DNA from: a phage
Direction: 5' to 3' (one strand)
Sequence record: PZ386971.1
DNA: 64,000 nucleotides
In this document: positions 52,846 through 63,038 of the stretch, in pieces
Numbering within the stretch: the stretch's first letter is position 1
Layout: each line of letters opens with the position of its first letter
Notes under the pieces: generated by a model
Seen by the model: the letters and a program-made list of their open reading frames with translations, nothing else
The model's database searches: none
Told to the model about the DNA's origin: nothing
Position numbers and translations under genes: made by a program

Positions 52846-54276
52846 ATGATCCCTATCCTTGAAACAGTCCGCCGACTTCGCGAAACCAAAGGCAGCAATG
52901 CGAAGAAAGCCGTGCTGACCGAAGCATTCAAGAACAACCCAGACTTGGCAGACTTCCTGCAGTATGTCTATGACCCAATGACGTCGTTCTATCGGACTGA
53001 GTTGAAGCTCAGCGCGTACCCTCGCATGCTCGTCCGTGAGAAGACTGATGACATTAGCGAAGTCTATGGCGTCCTCGACCAGATGGCGCAGCGCCTTGTC
53101 GGTGGCCAAAAGGCTGATGCCCTGTTGGCCTCTGTCGCCCTGAAGATGGATCCCCAATACCACGAACTCATTCAGATGATCCTAGACCGTGATATCAAGG
53201 CGGGTATCGCTGAGAAGGGCATCAATGCAGCGTTCAAAGCAGCGGGTGGCACAGGCCGACTGATCAACATCCTTCCGTATCATCGTTATGACAACATGAC
53301 GATTGACCTGCTGAAGAAGATGGACTTCAAGCGTGGTGTCTACAGCCAGCTGAAGTCAGACGGTATGTTCGCCAACATCATATGTCGGTACAATAAAGAG
53401 CCTGAGATTCGCTCTCGATCCGGTTCCCTTATCGCAGGCGGTTCGGTTGACAACCTGTCACTGGTGTTCAAGGACATCATCTACGATGCGGGGATTGGTG
53501 AGAGTGTGTTCCATGGTGAACTTCTCGTTGTTGACCTCAAGTCGAATACCATCCTGCCTCGTGCTGTCGGTAACGGTAAACTCAACAGCGTGATTCAGAC
53601 AGGAGAACCCCTAGAAGATCGTTATCGGGTGATCTACCGGGTGTGGGATGTTATCCCGTACGACAACTGGTTCAACGCCCAGCGCGTGGACACCCCGTAT
53701 GAAACCCGCTTCGACATGATCATGCAAATGTTTTGTGAAGACGACGGTCTGGTTCAGGTTCAAGAAACCCGTGTTGTTCACTCATTTGCCGAAGCCGTCG
53801 ACCACTTCAAAGACGCGCTGGCTCGCAAAGAAGAAGGCACGATATGTAAGGCCGCAGACATGCCGTGGGAAGATGGTACTTCTTCTGAAGGTCTGAAGCT
53901 GAAGATGGAGGTTGAGTGTGACCTTGAAATCGTGGGCTTCAACGAGGCTGACAAGAAGGGTAAACACGCCAAGACTTTTGGCTCACTGATTTGTAAAACT
54001 TCCGATGGCCTGCTTGTTGTTGGCGTATCAGGGATCTCAGATGAGCTGAGACGCCATATGTGGGAGAACCAGGGCGATTACATTGGCAAGATCGCCGCAG
54101 TGCTCTCCAATGGCGTACAGGACAAGACAGACGATGCGATGAAGTCTTTGTTCCTACCTCGCCTTGTAGAAGTCCGCATTGACAAGAAAGTGGCCAACAC
54201 ACTGGATGAAGTCTATGCGATACAGAAAGCGTACATCGAAAACATCGCATTCCTGTTGGAGAAGGGTAATGGGTGA
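52846..54276 (+). CDS. ATP-dependent DNA ligase, T4 gp30-like
   Basis: N-terminus and KxDG adenylation motif (QLKSDG) colinear with recalled T4 ligase. Confidence 0.85.
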   Translation: MIPILETVRRLRETKGSNAKKAVLTEAFKNNPDLADFLQYVYDPMTSFYRTELKLSAYPRMLVREKTDDISEVYGVLDQMAQRLVGGQKADALLASVALKMDPQYHELIQMILDRDIKAGIAEKGINAAFKAAGGTGRLINILPYHRYDNMTIDLLKKMDFKRGVYSQLKSDGMFANIICRYNKEPEIRSRSGSLIAGGSVDNLSLVFKDIIYDAGIGESVFHGELLVVDLKSNTILPRAVGNGKLNSVIQTGEPLEDRYRVIYRVWDVIPYDNWFNAQRVDTPYETRFDMIMQMFCEDDGLVQVQETRVVHSFAEAVDHFKDALARKEEGTICKAADMPWEDGTSSEGLKLKMEVECDLEIVGFNEADKKGKHAKTFGSLICKTSDGLLVVGVSGISDELRRHMWENQGDYIGKIAAVLSNGVQDKTDDAMKSLFLPRLVEVRIDKKVANTLDEVYAIQKAYIENIAFLLEKGNG

Positions 54277-54502
54277 GTATATGAGTTTCTGGTGGGCGAA
54301 GTTCTTGGTTGAACTTCAGATATCCGGCATCGTCTTCTTGATCGCCTTGATCCCAGTTGCCCGTTCGGCGTTCAAGCAATGGCGCTGCAAACACAGCACC
54401 TATCGTGAGAACCATGCTTGCCATGCTATCTGCACCCATTGTGGGAAGGATCTTGGGTTTGTGGGCACTGTCCGCAAGATGAAGAATCACAAAGAGGTGT
54501 GA
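54269..54502 (+). CDS. small membrane protein with C-terminal zinc ribbon (77 aa)
   Basis: ATG overlapping ligase stop; TM helix; CKHS ... CHAICTHCG. Confidence 0.4.
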   Translation: MGEYMSFWWAKFLVELQISGIVFLIALIPVARSAFKQWRCKHSTYRENHACHAICTHCGKDLGFVGTVRKMKNHKEV

Positions 54503-54506
54503 TCTG

Positions 54507-54764
54507 ATGGACGAGCTATTCGCATTGGTGATTGCATTAACGTTCTTACTGTCCTTGATTATCAGCTCGCTTGTGTTGTTGCTGGTGTGGATAGCTATTC
54601 CCGAGATCAATAACCACAAGGCGCTCGTTGTCGTGATTATCCTAGGTCTGAGTGCTTCCCTTACTCTTCACTATTCCAAACAGGAGTATAATCCTAACAA
54701 ATATTACAAGACATTAGCGGACAAGTATCATGAGTTTAAGAATGAAAGAGCTTCCGGTAAATGA
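54507..54764 (+). CDS. small two-TM membrane protein (holin-like topology)
   Basis: Two hydrophobic helices, charged C-terminus. Confidence 0.4.
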   Translation: MDELFALVIALTFLLSLIISSLVLLLVWIAIPEINNHKALVVVIILGLSASLTLHYSKQEYNPNKYYKTLADKYHEFKNERASGK

Positions 54765-54984
54765 CAAGAAGTACATGTACAAGGTTCTGCTGAGCCTCGG
54801 GGTGTCACAATCTGGGCTGGCTCGTTTATTGGATTGTTCTAATGTTGTGAACTACTGGGCGAAGGGATATCGTGTTGTCCCCCGCTCCTTCCGTCGCTTC
54901 ATCCTGGTGTTACAGTTCATCAAGAAGAAAGGGCTGATGGAAGAGTTATTGCAATTTATTAAAGAAGAGGAACGCAAATGCTAA
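54730..54984 (+). CDS. helix-turn-helix DNA-binding protein
   Basis: HTH-like LSLGVSQSGLARLLDCSNVVNYW. Confidence 0.45.
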   Translation: MSLRMKELPVNDKKYMYKVLLSLGVSQSGLARLLDCSNVVNYWAKGYRVVPRSFRRFILVLQFIKKKGLMEELLQFIKEEERKC

Positions 54985-55637
54985 CAGAGTGGCAGAAGAT
55001 GGAGTTCGAGCGGGCGTTCAACGTTTACTGTGTCTTCATGGCGATCAAGCTGCACTTCACCACTAAGGACTTCGATTACAGCTTGTATGGGCCGATGAAT
55101 TACAAGTTCGAGACGTTCTTGGCGAAGGAGGCCGTGTGCAAACAGTTTGCTCGCCTTGCCCGTCGGTTCGAGTCATCACAGGGTGAAGTGGTAGAGAACT
55201 ACATCATCGCCAACTTCATCAAATCACCCAAAACCTGGGTGACGACATTGCTTACACGCCAGGCTCAGGCCAATTATGATGAATACCGTAAGCTGTACGA
55301 GAACTTCACATATAACTTCCTTGAGGAGTTCGAGCGGGAGATGATCCCTGCCATAAGGGAACGCAACTGCACCTTCATTGAGTACATCAAGGGGACGGGT
55401 ACAGGACATCCACCGTTGCTGACAGACATCATCATCAAGAAGTTCCCGATTTGGTTCCTTGTCGGTCTGAACAAGATCGTTGGTTTCATTCATCTATACG
55501 ATACGATTCTGCGTGATGACATCTATTGGAACTCGGAGGCGTTCTTGCTCAGGAAGACGAATGCTGTGGTTCCGGATGAGGATACCACATATTCAAAACA
55601 GAGACTCCGTGAGCTAATACAAGCCCACGGAATTTGA
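54978..55637 (+). CDS. helicase loader, T4 gp59-like
   Basis: Block-wise similarity to recalled gp59 (VYCVFMAIKLH, NYIIANFIKS, FPIWFLVGLNKIVGF). Confidence 0.5.
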   Translation: MLTEWQKMEFERAFNVYCVFMAIKLHFTTKDFDYSLYGPMNYKFETFLAKEAVCKQFARLARRFESSQGEVVENYIIANFIKSPKTWVTTLLTRQAQANYDEYRKLYENFTYNFLEEFEREMIPAIRERNCTFIEYIKGTGTGHPPLLTDIIIKKFPIWFLVGLNKIVGFIHLYDTILRDDIYWNSEAFLLRKTNAVVPDEDTTYSKQRLRELIQAHGI

Positions 55638-57584
55638 TTACCATTCCCACAGGATGCGGGAATTATCTGTTTTGTTCTCAGGCTCAAGATATGAGCTGTT
55701 GAAGTTATTGGTCGTGTTGATCCTCTTAGAAGCATCCACATTCTGCTGTACTGGCATCACGACGCTGGCTGGAGGCGGTGAATAGCCGCCTTGTACTTGC
55801 TCAATATTAGACAGCGCCCTCCCTTGTGTTGGCATGGCCCCGCCCAGAGTACCACCCCCGATAGAACCATACGCAGCTTTCAGCTGAGAGGTGCGGTCAT
55901 TAGTCATATTCTTGTCATCCGAAGACGCACCAGAAGGTATTGGAGTCAGCGTTTGTGGATCGATGTTCGGTTGTGCTGGCTTCTGTGGCTGCTGGGTCTC
56001 TGTCACATTAGGAGACGGATTCTCATCAGTGTCAATCAGCATAGACTGGCGAGCCTCATCCATCTTCTGCTTCGCAGCCTGTCCACCCAGAGCGTCAGGG
56101 ATGATGCTGACGAACTTGTCAACGATATCGAACATCGCATTGGTGATTGTGTTCAGCATGTTGAAGAAAGGTTTCTTCACATTTTCGGCAAATCCCTTCT
56201 TGATATCGTCAATGACCTTGTTGGCCACACCCATGCCCTCGTCGATCACACTACTGATACCCCCTGTGATCCAGTCTACCAGCTTTATCAACTCGGACTG
56301 TAGGTTGTCTGCTAACTTGCCAGGGATATCCGTAAGAGACGTGTCTCTCCCGATCCCTGCAAACAAGTCGTTGCTAATCCAGTCGATAATACCATTCAGC
56401 CAACGAGCGGGAGCCTCAGTGATCATGAGGGTGTATTTGCGCAGGGTTTCACCCGCCTCGGTATCAAAGCCAAAGATCTTGGACACCCAGTCAAATAGAT
56501 CACCAAATCCACCAACCAGTTCTGATATCCCCGCCCGTACTCGGTCAACTATCGTGACAGCACCTTTACCCAGGATCTCCTTCGCATCAATGAAGCCTTT
56601 ACCGAAGTCCCAGATCATAGACAGGAGAGCCAGTGGGCCGACTTTCAGGAACTTAAACACCTTCCCAAATGGACCCAGAAGTTTGGTGATACCTTCTCCC
56701 AGCTTGGAGAACATGCCGAGGAAAGTCCCGACAACACCACCGATGATCTTGAACGGCTTGAGCAAGAAGCCCTTCAGTGCATTCAGGCCAAGCATGGCCG
56801 CCACCGCCGCCCCGATACCGGAGGAATCGTCTTTCTGGTCATCGTCTTTGGGTATAACAGAACCCGCCTGAGGATGACCACCCGTTTCTTTGTCGGTTTC
56901 CCCACGGCGCATCTCGTCCTTCTCACGCCACTTCTGGTCTTCATCAAAGATGCGTGTCAACACTCCAACGATATGACCACCCGTGCGCCCAATCTTGTTT
57001 TCAATGCTAGACAAGCGAGTAAGGGTGTCATCGGAGTTCTTTTTCAGTTCAGCAACATCGTCACGAACCTCGATCATCACTCCGTCGATCATGTTCAAGA
57101 ATGATCCCACGCGGACCAGAGACACACTCTGCTCGTCCATGCGCTTGAGGGTGTCATCATTGGCAGACTTCAGCTGGTCTGAGATCAGGTTAAGATACTC
57201 CAGGGACGTGTCATCTGTTGGCATGCGGGTGATCTCACCGAGGCGGTCAATCTTGCCTGCGATATTCTCCAGTTCCCGATTGCCTTCGTTACCCACATCG
57301 ACAGTATCCTTCATCCATACGCTGAAGTCGCGGGTGAAGATCGGAGACATGCGAGCGAATCCCATGACGATCTCATTGACTGTCGGGATACGGATTTCAA
57401 ATGGCTTGGACTCGGCCTTGGTGCCCTGTTTAGTGGCAGATTCCAGCTTGGCCAGATTCTTGTTCATCCGGTCAAGCTGTCTGTTGGTTTCATTCTGAGC
57501 GCGGAGTTGTTTGCGCTGCATCATCTCCGCCTTGATCTTGTCTAGAACTTTGACAACATCATTGTTCGTTGCTTCCTGTGCCAT
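55638..57584 (-). CDS. tail tape-measure/baseplate hub-like protein (648 aa) with Gly-rich hydrophobic core
   Basis: Coiled-coil N-terminus, Gly/hydrophobic central region typical of tape-measure proteins; last gene of late baseplate operon. Confidence 0.45.
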   Translation of the reverse strand: MAQEATNNDVVKVLDKIKAEMMQRKQLRAQNETNRQLDRMNKNLAKLESATKQGTKAESKPFEIRIPTVNEIVMGFARMSPIFTRDFSVWMKDTVDVGNEGNRELENIAGKIDRLGEITRMPTDDTSLEYLNLISDQLKSANDDTLKRMDEQSVSLVRVGSFLNMIDGVMIEVRDDVAELKKNSDDTLTRLSSIENKIGRTGGHIVGVLTRIFDEDQKWREKDEMRRGETDKETGGHPQAGSVIPKDDDQKDDSSGIGAAVAAMLGLNALKGFLLKPFKIIGGVVGTFLGMFSKLGEGITKLLGPFGKVFKFLKVGPLALLSMIWDFGKGFIDAKEILGKGAVTIVDRVRAGISELVGGFGDLFDWVSKIFGFDTEAGETLRKYTLMITEAPARWLNGIIDWISNDLFAGIGRDTSLTDIPGKLADNLQSELIKLVDWITGGISSVIDEGMGVANKVIDDIKKGFAENVKKPFFNMLNTITNAMFDIVDKFVSIIPDALGGQAAKQKMDEARQSMLIDTDENPSPNVTETQQPQKPAQPNIDPQTLTPIPSGASSDDKNMTNDRTSQLKAAYGSIGGGTLGGAMPTQGRALSNIEQVQGGYSPPPASVVMPVQQNVDASKRINTTNNFNSSYLEPENKTDNSRILWEW

Positions 57585-57595
57585 GGGTCACCTCG

Positions 57596-58984
57596 TTAAA
57601 CCTTCTGTGCTTGGCCTTTCTCAATCGCCTGAGGAGTAGTGGTGGAAGCAGTTGTCTGATTGGTCTGAGGTGGAAGCACCTGCTCCAGCAAACTGTCCTT
57701 GGCAATCTCAGCGATGCACTGATAATCTTTGGTCAGGCGGGAAATTTTGTGACGCACTTTGGTCACGATATAGTGGCCTGTCGATAGCTTACTTAACTCT
57801 GCCAGGTTTTCGTTCTTCTTAGGACGGTTGGACTGGTCTTCGACGTAGAACACCTGACCGACGTTCAGGCGGTTATCACCAACGAGCAACACGCGCATCA
57901 CAGTGCTGGCAAGACTGAAGTTGATAACACGACGAGCATAATCAATCTGCTCCGCTCCATCCGGCTGGGCTTCAATGTAACGGACGTTCTGACGATTGAA
58001 TTCATCTGAGAACATCGGGAACGGATCAAGGTGAGCCGTCTCTGCAAACCACTCAGTATAGATGCGCTGTGTTGGGGTGACTGTCTTGGTCTCAAAGTCG
58101 TAGACGCGCTCGTTCACCGCCAGGACATCGCGGTAGTTTGCCATAAATTGGTCACGCGTCAGCTTCTTCTCTGCCTTGATGATCGTGCGCATAAAGCGCT
58201 CAGAGTTGAAGTTGTTATCCTGCATGAGCGGTGCGTCCTGAGGATCACGGAATAACTTGTTCTGCTGAGCCAGTTCCTGCTTCTCTTCTGCCGTCAATGA
58301 CTGGCTGCCCTGGTTGAACAACGTCGTCAGGCTCTTGAAGTGATAGCCATTGAAGTCTTCATAGAAAACGAATGGCATGAACAATTCGTCATAAGAACGG
58401 CTCGCCATATAATCAATAGATCGCAGCACAGGCCAGAGCGGGGTGGCGAACCGCTCTTGAATTCCATACGACGGGTCGATGTCTTCGAACTTGGTGCGCG
58501 ACTCCAACTGATTGAAGATTGCCTTCGCCATGTCAGAATACGAACCGTCGAGACCGAGGGAGCATCGGATCATGCTGTCCTTATAGGCATCGGTGGTCAC
58601 CATGTGCAACCAGAATGCTTTCTTGGACGAGCTGTTGGACTCATCAGCTACGCGCCCAACACGCGCTACGCGCAGGGAGAGAGTGGTGTATTCCGAGGCC
58701 GCCGGACTCTTGAATGACACCACAACTTCTTCACCACCCAAGATAGGCATTGTGTCAAGAATGTCCCACCCTTCTTTTATCAAGACATTGGCTGTAAGTG
58801 ATGGAGATGACTTCCCTTCAAGACCCAGATCCTGGAAGACGTTGAACTCCTCAAACAACGCCGTCAGGTCATATGGCGTTGGTGATCCGCCCTGGGGTGT
58901 ATGAGGGAGTATCGCCATATACTTCAGGTCAAATGTTGTTGACGGTGTTACAATACCGTCTTGGGTCTCTCTGTTTTCGATCAT
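57596..58984 (-). CDS. putative baseplate hub/wedge protein (462 aa)
   Basis: Operon position between gp53-like and tape-measure-like genes. Confidence 0.4.
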   Translation of the reverse strand: MIENRETQDGIVTPSTTFDLKYMAILPHTPQGGSPTPYDLTALFEEFNVFQDLGLEGKSSPSLTANVLIKEGWDILDTMPILGGEEVVVSFKSPAASEYTTLSLRVARVGRVADESNSSSKKAFWLHMVTTDAYKDSMIRCSLGLDGSYSDMAKAIFNQLESRTKFEDIDPSYGIQERFATPLWPVLRSIDYMASRSYDELFMPFVFYEDFNGYHFKSLTTLFNQGSQSLTAEEKQELAQQNKLFRDPQDAPLMQDNNFNSERFMRTIIKAEKKLTRDQFMANYRDVLAVNERVYDFETKTVTPTQRIYTEWFAETAHLDPFPMFSDEFNRQNVRYIEAQPDGAEQIDYARRVINFSLASTVMRVLLVGDNRLNVGQVFYVEDQSNRPKKNENLAELSKLSTGHYIVTKVRHKISRLTKDYQCIAEIAKDSLLEQVLPPQTNQTTASTTTPQAIEKGQAQKV

Positions 58985-59535
58985 TTCGCCAACTCCTGCT
59001 CCAGCTGATTGACAAACGAAGACACATAATCTGGGTCGAGTACTTGGATGTTCCGTTTGGCTTCATTCTTACTGATTGCATCATCATGGTATGAAACTGC
59101 CGTCAGACCATAGTTAGCAATTATGGACGGCTCATCTAGGTCTAGGTTATATGCAAATTTGATAGCACGGGCGTCGGTCACATTGTTGAACTGGTCGACA
59201 TAATAGGCTGTATCCCACATACCATCGATGCCGTAATCTGCAGTCAGTTCTTCAACAATACGGCGTTCCGGTTTCGGCCAGTCCTTATTGATGTCCATGA
59301 TGCCGTTTATCAGACAAGGTATCCAAAACAACTCGAAGGATCCGTAAACGCGTTCTGCGAAAGACCTTGGGGTTTCCCCATCTTGGATCGTATACGGCAG
59401 GAGAAGTCCTTCGATGTCCTTAATTTTCTGTAAGATCATCACCCGGCGCGTTAAGTTCTGTAACAGCACCTGATCATTCTCTTGGACATCTTGCAATTGA
59501 TGCCAAACAAGTGGAAACTTCTCAAAATATTTCAT
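58981..59535 (-). CDS. baseplate wedge protein, T4 gp53-like
   Basis: YTIQDGETPRSFAERVYGSFELFWIPCLINGIMD parallels gp53 YYIKGSPRPEELANAIYGNPQLYWVLLMCNDNYD. Confidence 0.6.
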   Translation of the reverse strand: MKYFEKFPLVWHQLQDVQENDQVLLQNLTRRVMILQKIKDIEGLLLPYTIQDGETPRSFAERVYGSFELFWIPCLINGIMDINKDWPKPERRIVEELTADYGIDGMWDTAYYVDQFNNVTDARAIKFAYNLDLDEPSIIANYGLTAVSYHDDAISKNEAKRNIQVLDPDYVSSFVNQLEQELAK

Positions 59536-59546
59536 GGCATCCTCTC

Positions 59547-60515
59547 TTAGAAGCTATCGCCTTCGGTTTCAAAGCGCCCTTTGTGTAGAGGCTCCAGTTC
59601 GATGAAGGTCATGTCAACCTGCGTGGACACGATACCATCATCTTTGTGAACCGCGTATGAACTGTCCGGCGTCTCGTTGACGAACATGTTGGAAAGTACA
59701 CAAGTGGAGATGCGGTGCAGCCACTGGTTACGCTCCCCATTGACCATGAACGTAATGTCGAATGTTGAAGGATGCAAGTAAAACGCGCTGGAATTCTTGT
59801 TGTACTTGTACTCTGGGTACATATGCATCTTGAACATGCGGATGATCTCACGGACCATCTTGGCTTCCTTCTGAGATCGCGGCGTGAATTTGAATGTAAA
59901 TGGAATCTCACGGTTGCGAACACCCTGGAAGATCATCTCCACATATGGGTTGGTCATGGTGCCTGTGAACAACTCAAGGGTGTCATGAGCGTTAATGCTC
60001 GGCAGGAATGGAATAGCCTCCGACGCAGATTGGATAGCCTTGGTGGCAGCGAATCGCCCCATCTCCTTCCCGACGTTGAGCGCATCACCCAGTTTAAACT
60101 GAGTCATGTCTTGGGCGGCGCGGGAAAGGAACTGTGCCCCCATACCAGCCAGCCCCAGCTCGCTACCGTTCCAGCCAACACCATAGTTGGTTGTAATGTA
60201 CTCCGGCATACACAGAACAATAGATTCGTTCGAACGAACGTGACGCGCCCATGCATATTTGGTGATGGAACCAGACTTGGACCCATAGACCACAGGAGTA
60301 TTCCCCAGAGGGTTCTGTATTGGGTTCTCGATAGTCTGAGTAGCCGTGTTGCCATAAGATGAACCGGAGATGCGGTTGATGTTGAATAGGACATAGTGTC
60401 CCAAGGTCTTACCCCCAGTAACGTCTAGGGGATAAGACAATTGCTTCTGAGCCTGGGACAATCCCTTCGTGTTCAGAACCTTGATCTTATCGATTGTCTT
60501 CTTGAAGTCGGCCAT
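59547..60515 (-). CDS. tail tube-family baseplate protein (gp48/gp54-like), first gene of late operon
   Basis: Tube-family layout; late-promoter-like CTAAATAGCC upstream. Confidence 0.45.
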   Translation of the reverse strand: MADFKKTIDKIKVLNTKGLSQAQKQLSYPLDVTGGKTLGHYVLFNINRISGSSYGNTATQTIENPIQNPLGNTPVVYGSKSGSITKYAWARHVRSNESIVLCMPEYITTNYGVGWNGSELGLAGMGAQFLSRAAQDMTQFKLGDALNVGKEMGRFAATKAIQSASEAIPFLPSINAHDTLELFTGTMTNPYVEMIFQGVRNREIPFTFKFTPRSQKEAKMVREIIRMFKMHMYPEYKYNKNSSAFYLHPSTFDITFMVNGERNQWLHRISTCVLSNMFVNETPDSSYAVHKDDGIVSTQVDMTFIELEPLHKGRFETEGDSF

Positions 60516-60526
60516 GGTCTCAGCCC

Positions 60527-60557
60527 TTAAATAGATAGAGTGTTATGGCTATTTAGG
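60527..60557. promoter_or_regulatory. divergent late promoter pair (TTAAATAGAT plus strand; CCTAAATAGCC minus strand)
   Basis: TAAATAG cores 30-40 nt upstream of divergent ATGs at 60566 and 60515. Confidence 0.45.
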
Positions 60558-60565
60558 ACTAGATT

Positions 60566-61180
60566 ATGAGCAACTATCTTCAGGGGAAGTACACCCCGGT
60601 TAATCCCAAGAAGTATCAGGGGAATGTGAATAACATCATCTTCCGCTCTTCGCTGGAGTTGGTGGCTTTCAAGTTCTGTGATATGAACTCCGCGATAGTG
60701 AAGTGGTCTAGTGAGGAGACCGTAATCCCTTACATTTCCCCAGTCGACGGGCGCACCCATCGTTACTTCATGGACCTCAAGGTCTGGACGCGCCGTGAAG
60801 GGCAAGAGGAACTACAGGTCACCCTCATTGAGATCAAGCCCAAAGACCAGATCAAGCAGCCGAAGAAGACTCCGAACATGAAGGAGTCGACATTCAACAA
60901 TGCGATGCGAACCTGGTTGGTCAATTCTGCCAAGTGGGAGGCCACCCGCGAACTGTGTGCCAAGAAGAACTGGAAGTTCATTATCTGGACCGAAGAGCAT
61001 CTTGTTCCAGGTGAAGATCCGGATGTTCGTAAACAGTTTGAGCTGAAGTCGAAAAAGAAACGGGATATGGAGATGCAAGATCGCCGACATGCCGAACGTG
61101 TCAGGGTGCTGAAGGAACAGATGCGGAAGGAGATTAAACCCGCCCCAACGGAGCGGGATGATGGACTTCTATTACCTTAA
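60566..61180 (+). CDS. late protein with PD-(D/E)xK-like motif; possible head-completion nuclease (gp4-like)
   Basis: Motif DLKVW ... LIEIKPKD; late promoter; divergent from baseplate operon. Confidence 0.3.
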   Translation: MSNYLQGKYTPVNPKKYQGNVNNIIFRSSLELVAFKFCDMNSAIVKWSSEETVIPYISPVDGRTHRYFMDLKVWTRREGQEELQVTLIEIKPKDQIKQPKKTPNMKESTFNNAMRTWLVNSAKWEATRELCAKKNWKFIIWTEEHLVPGEDPDVRKQFELKSKKKRDMEMQDRRHAERVRVLKEQMRKEIKPAPTERDDGLLLP

Positions 61181-61185
61181 CTACC

Positions 61186-61398
61186 TTAACTTCTTTTGTG
61201 GCCAGGGGCGTAGCAGGTATGCCTGTCGCGCCCGATTTGCCAGCCGTCTGCTCGCGCCTGTTTGACACAATCACCCCAAGTCTCACCAGTGTATTGTTTG
61301 AACCCGCACTTGGGGTGATGCTCTTCCCAAGCCCAACTGCATGCCTTGCAATCTGAGCATTCACAATAAAGATCGATGGTGTAACCTGAAATGATCAT
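61186..61398 (-). CDS. Cys-rich zinc-binding small protein (70 aa)
   Basis: CECSDCKAC ... HHPKCG ... HTCYAPGH. Confidence 0.4.
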   Translation of the reverse strand: MIISGYTIDLYCECSDCKACSWAWEEHHPKCGFKQYTGETWGDCVKQARADGWQIGRDRHTCYAPGHKRS

Positions 61399-61400
61399 AA

Positions 61401-61808
61401 TCAGTCTTCTAGGTGATCGTAGATCTTCTGACGGAACGCATTACCACCAGCACAACCCTTGGCCAGCAGGTGGGTGCCGCCCGTACCGATCACGCTGATT
61501 GTTGAGAAGCCCAAGATACGGCCTGTGATGGACTGATCAACCTTCACTGTCTCCACCTTACCGATGCGCAACTCATCAGCATCACGACGGATGAAACCAC
61601 GTTTGACGATGACACGCTTATTAGTCACAGCGAATTCAGTTGTCAATACATTTAAAATTGTTGGTATCAGAAATAACAAGCTGAATCCAAATGTTGGGAT
61701 AAACGTTAAAATAACCAGAACGTAAATCCAAAAACCGCTCCACCAGGTCGGGCGGGTGAAGGCAATAACGTGCTCGTCTTTGCCGAGCATACGATCTACA
61801 TAACGCAT
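61401..61808 (-). CDS. membrane protein with bacterial PH domain (bPH_2/YdbS-like)
   Basis: Two TM helices then bPH_2-like segment FAVTNKRVIVKRGF. Confidence 0.5.
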   Translation of the reverse strand: MRYVDRMLGKDEHVIAFTRPTWWSGFWIYVLVILTFIPTFGFSLLFLIPTILNVLTTEFAVTNKRVIVKRGFIRRDADELRIGKVETVKVDQSITGRILGFSTISVIGTGGTHLLAKGCAGGNAFRQKIYDHLED

Positions 61809-61818
61809 GATAAATTCC

Positions 61819-62325
61819 TTATTTGTCAGGGTTCACTAAAACAGGGGTGGATACCAGTTCGCCGTTCTTCACAGAATGCTGGACTACAACAAACTGATCG
61901 ACCATGCGATATACTTCAATTCCAGCAGCCAGCATGTCAATAATGCCGTCTATGATACGATATGGTCGGTCATAGAACACTTTAGCGATCTTGCCACTGT
62001 CGATAATACGACGGGTGCACTCTGGGCATGGACTATGAGTGACAAACATCACTAGGCCACAACAGTCTTCAGTGTGCTGGGGGAGTTTGCTCAGAGCATT
62101 CTCCTCGGCGTGGATAACACCCACCGATACCAGTTGACCGTCTACTTCCTTCTCACAGACATTAGGAGCGCCAGGAGCAGTCCCGTTCCAACCGATAGAC
62201 AGGGGCTGGTCAACACGCGGGTCAACGATAACACAGCCGACCTTCAGGCGCTGGGCATAGCTGGACAGGGCGTATGCATGAGCCGAGCGCATATGCGCAA
62301 ATAACATACGGGGTTTGATAGCCAT
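61819..62325 (-). CDS. cd: dCMP deaminase
   Basis: Zinc-binding motifs HAEENAL and SPCPEC; ATG 62325 (track ORF starts at GTG 62328). Confidence 0.85.
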   Translation of the reverse strand: MAIKPRMLFAHMRSAHAYALSSYAQRLKVGCVIVDPRVDQPLSIGWNGTAPGAPNVCEKEVDGQLVSVGVIHAEENALSKLPQHTEDCCGLVMFVTHSPCPECTRRIIDSGKIAKVFYDRPYRIIDGIIDMLAAGIEVYRMVDQFVVVQHSVKNGELVSTPVLVNPDK

Positions 62326-62639
62326 CACATCACCAGTTTCTTTTCAAGGAGGAAGATCATGTCGTCTTGGTCTGCACGACCAAAGATCTGACCCATGGCG
62401 ACCATCTGGTGGACTTCCCTGACAATGATTTCTTTACCAGGAGTAACTTCATCCAGGTCCATGATAGTGCTGACGCGGTCTACCATGCGCGGCGGGTGAT
62501 TAATGTAGCGCTGCAGGTACTTCTCGCGAGTGGCAATCAGGTTGTTCAGCTCGGAGATTTCAGACTCTTCTTCTGAGAAGCGCTTTTCCTTCGCCTGCAG
62601 TTCAGCCAGGCGCTCATACATTTCTTTTAATGGGGTCAT
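62325..62639 (-). CDS. hypothetical protein (104 aa)
   Basis: ATG with GAGGAACCGGAA RBS region; stop overlaps next start. Confidence 0.45.
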   Translation of the reverse strand: MTPLKEMYERLAELQAKEKRFSEEESEISELNNLIATREKYLQRYINHPPRMVDRVSTIMDLDEVTPGKEIIVREVHQMVAMGQIFGRADQDDMIFLLEKKLVM

Positions 62640-62708
62640 TTCCGGTTCCTCTTAATAAACGAAGGGAAGTATATACTCCCCCTTCTTCAATAACCGCTGA
62701 ATCTTTAT

Positions 62709-63038
62709 TCAGAGATAAGATTTACCGAGTTCGGTCAGGCGATAGAACGTCACCTCAGTGTTCGGCCAGTTCACGTAAGAACCGTCATGAACCATTGAGC
62801 CAGCTGGTTCGATCAACCCCTTGGCGAGCAGGGAAGCCCCAGTGCGGGGGTTGCCTTTGACGGAGGTGAAACCACCAGCGTTCGGGCATACCTGGAACGT
62901 CCAGACGGTGTTGCCCTTGTCATTGGTCCAGGATTTGGGATGAAAGTACCATTCACCATAACGGTAATGACCTTTCTCAAAGTTCAACATTCCTAAAAGG
63001 ACGCAGAGTTGATGTCCTGTGATGCGCGGCTTTTTCAT
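62709..63038 (-). CDS. hypothetical protein (109 aa)
   Basis: Internal ATG 63038 overlapping upstream stop (ATGA). Confidence 0.4.
   Translation of the reverse strand: MKKPRITGHQLCVLLGMLNFEKGHYRYGEWYFHPKSWTNDKGNTVWTFQVCPNAGGFTSVKGNPRTGASLLAKGLIEPAGSMVHDGSYVNWPNTEVTFYRLTELGKSYL

Noticed and set aside
54978-55637. Possibility that this gene encodes a thymidine-hypermodification enzyme
   Set aside because: Block-wise similarity to T4 gp59 helicase loader is a better fit
62630-62860. 76-aa plus-strand ORF spanning the intergenic region between two minus-strand genes
   Set aside because: Runs across a hairpin/promoter region and antisense into a coupled minus-strand gene; no RBS
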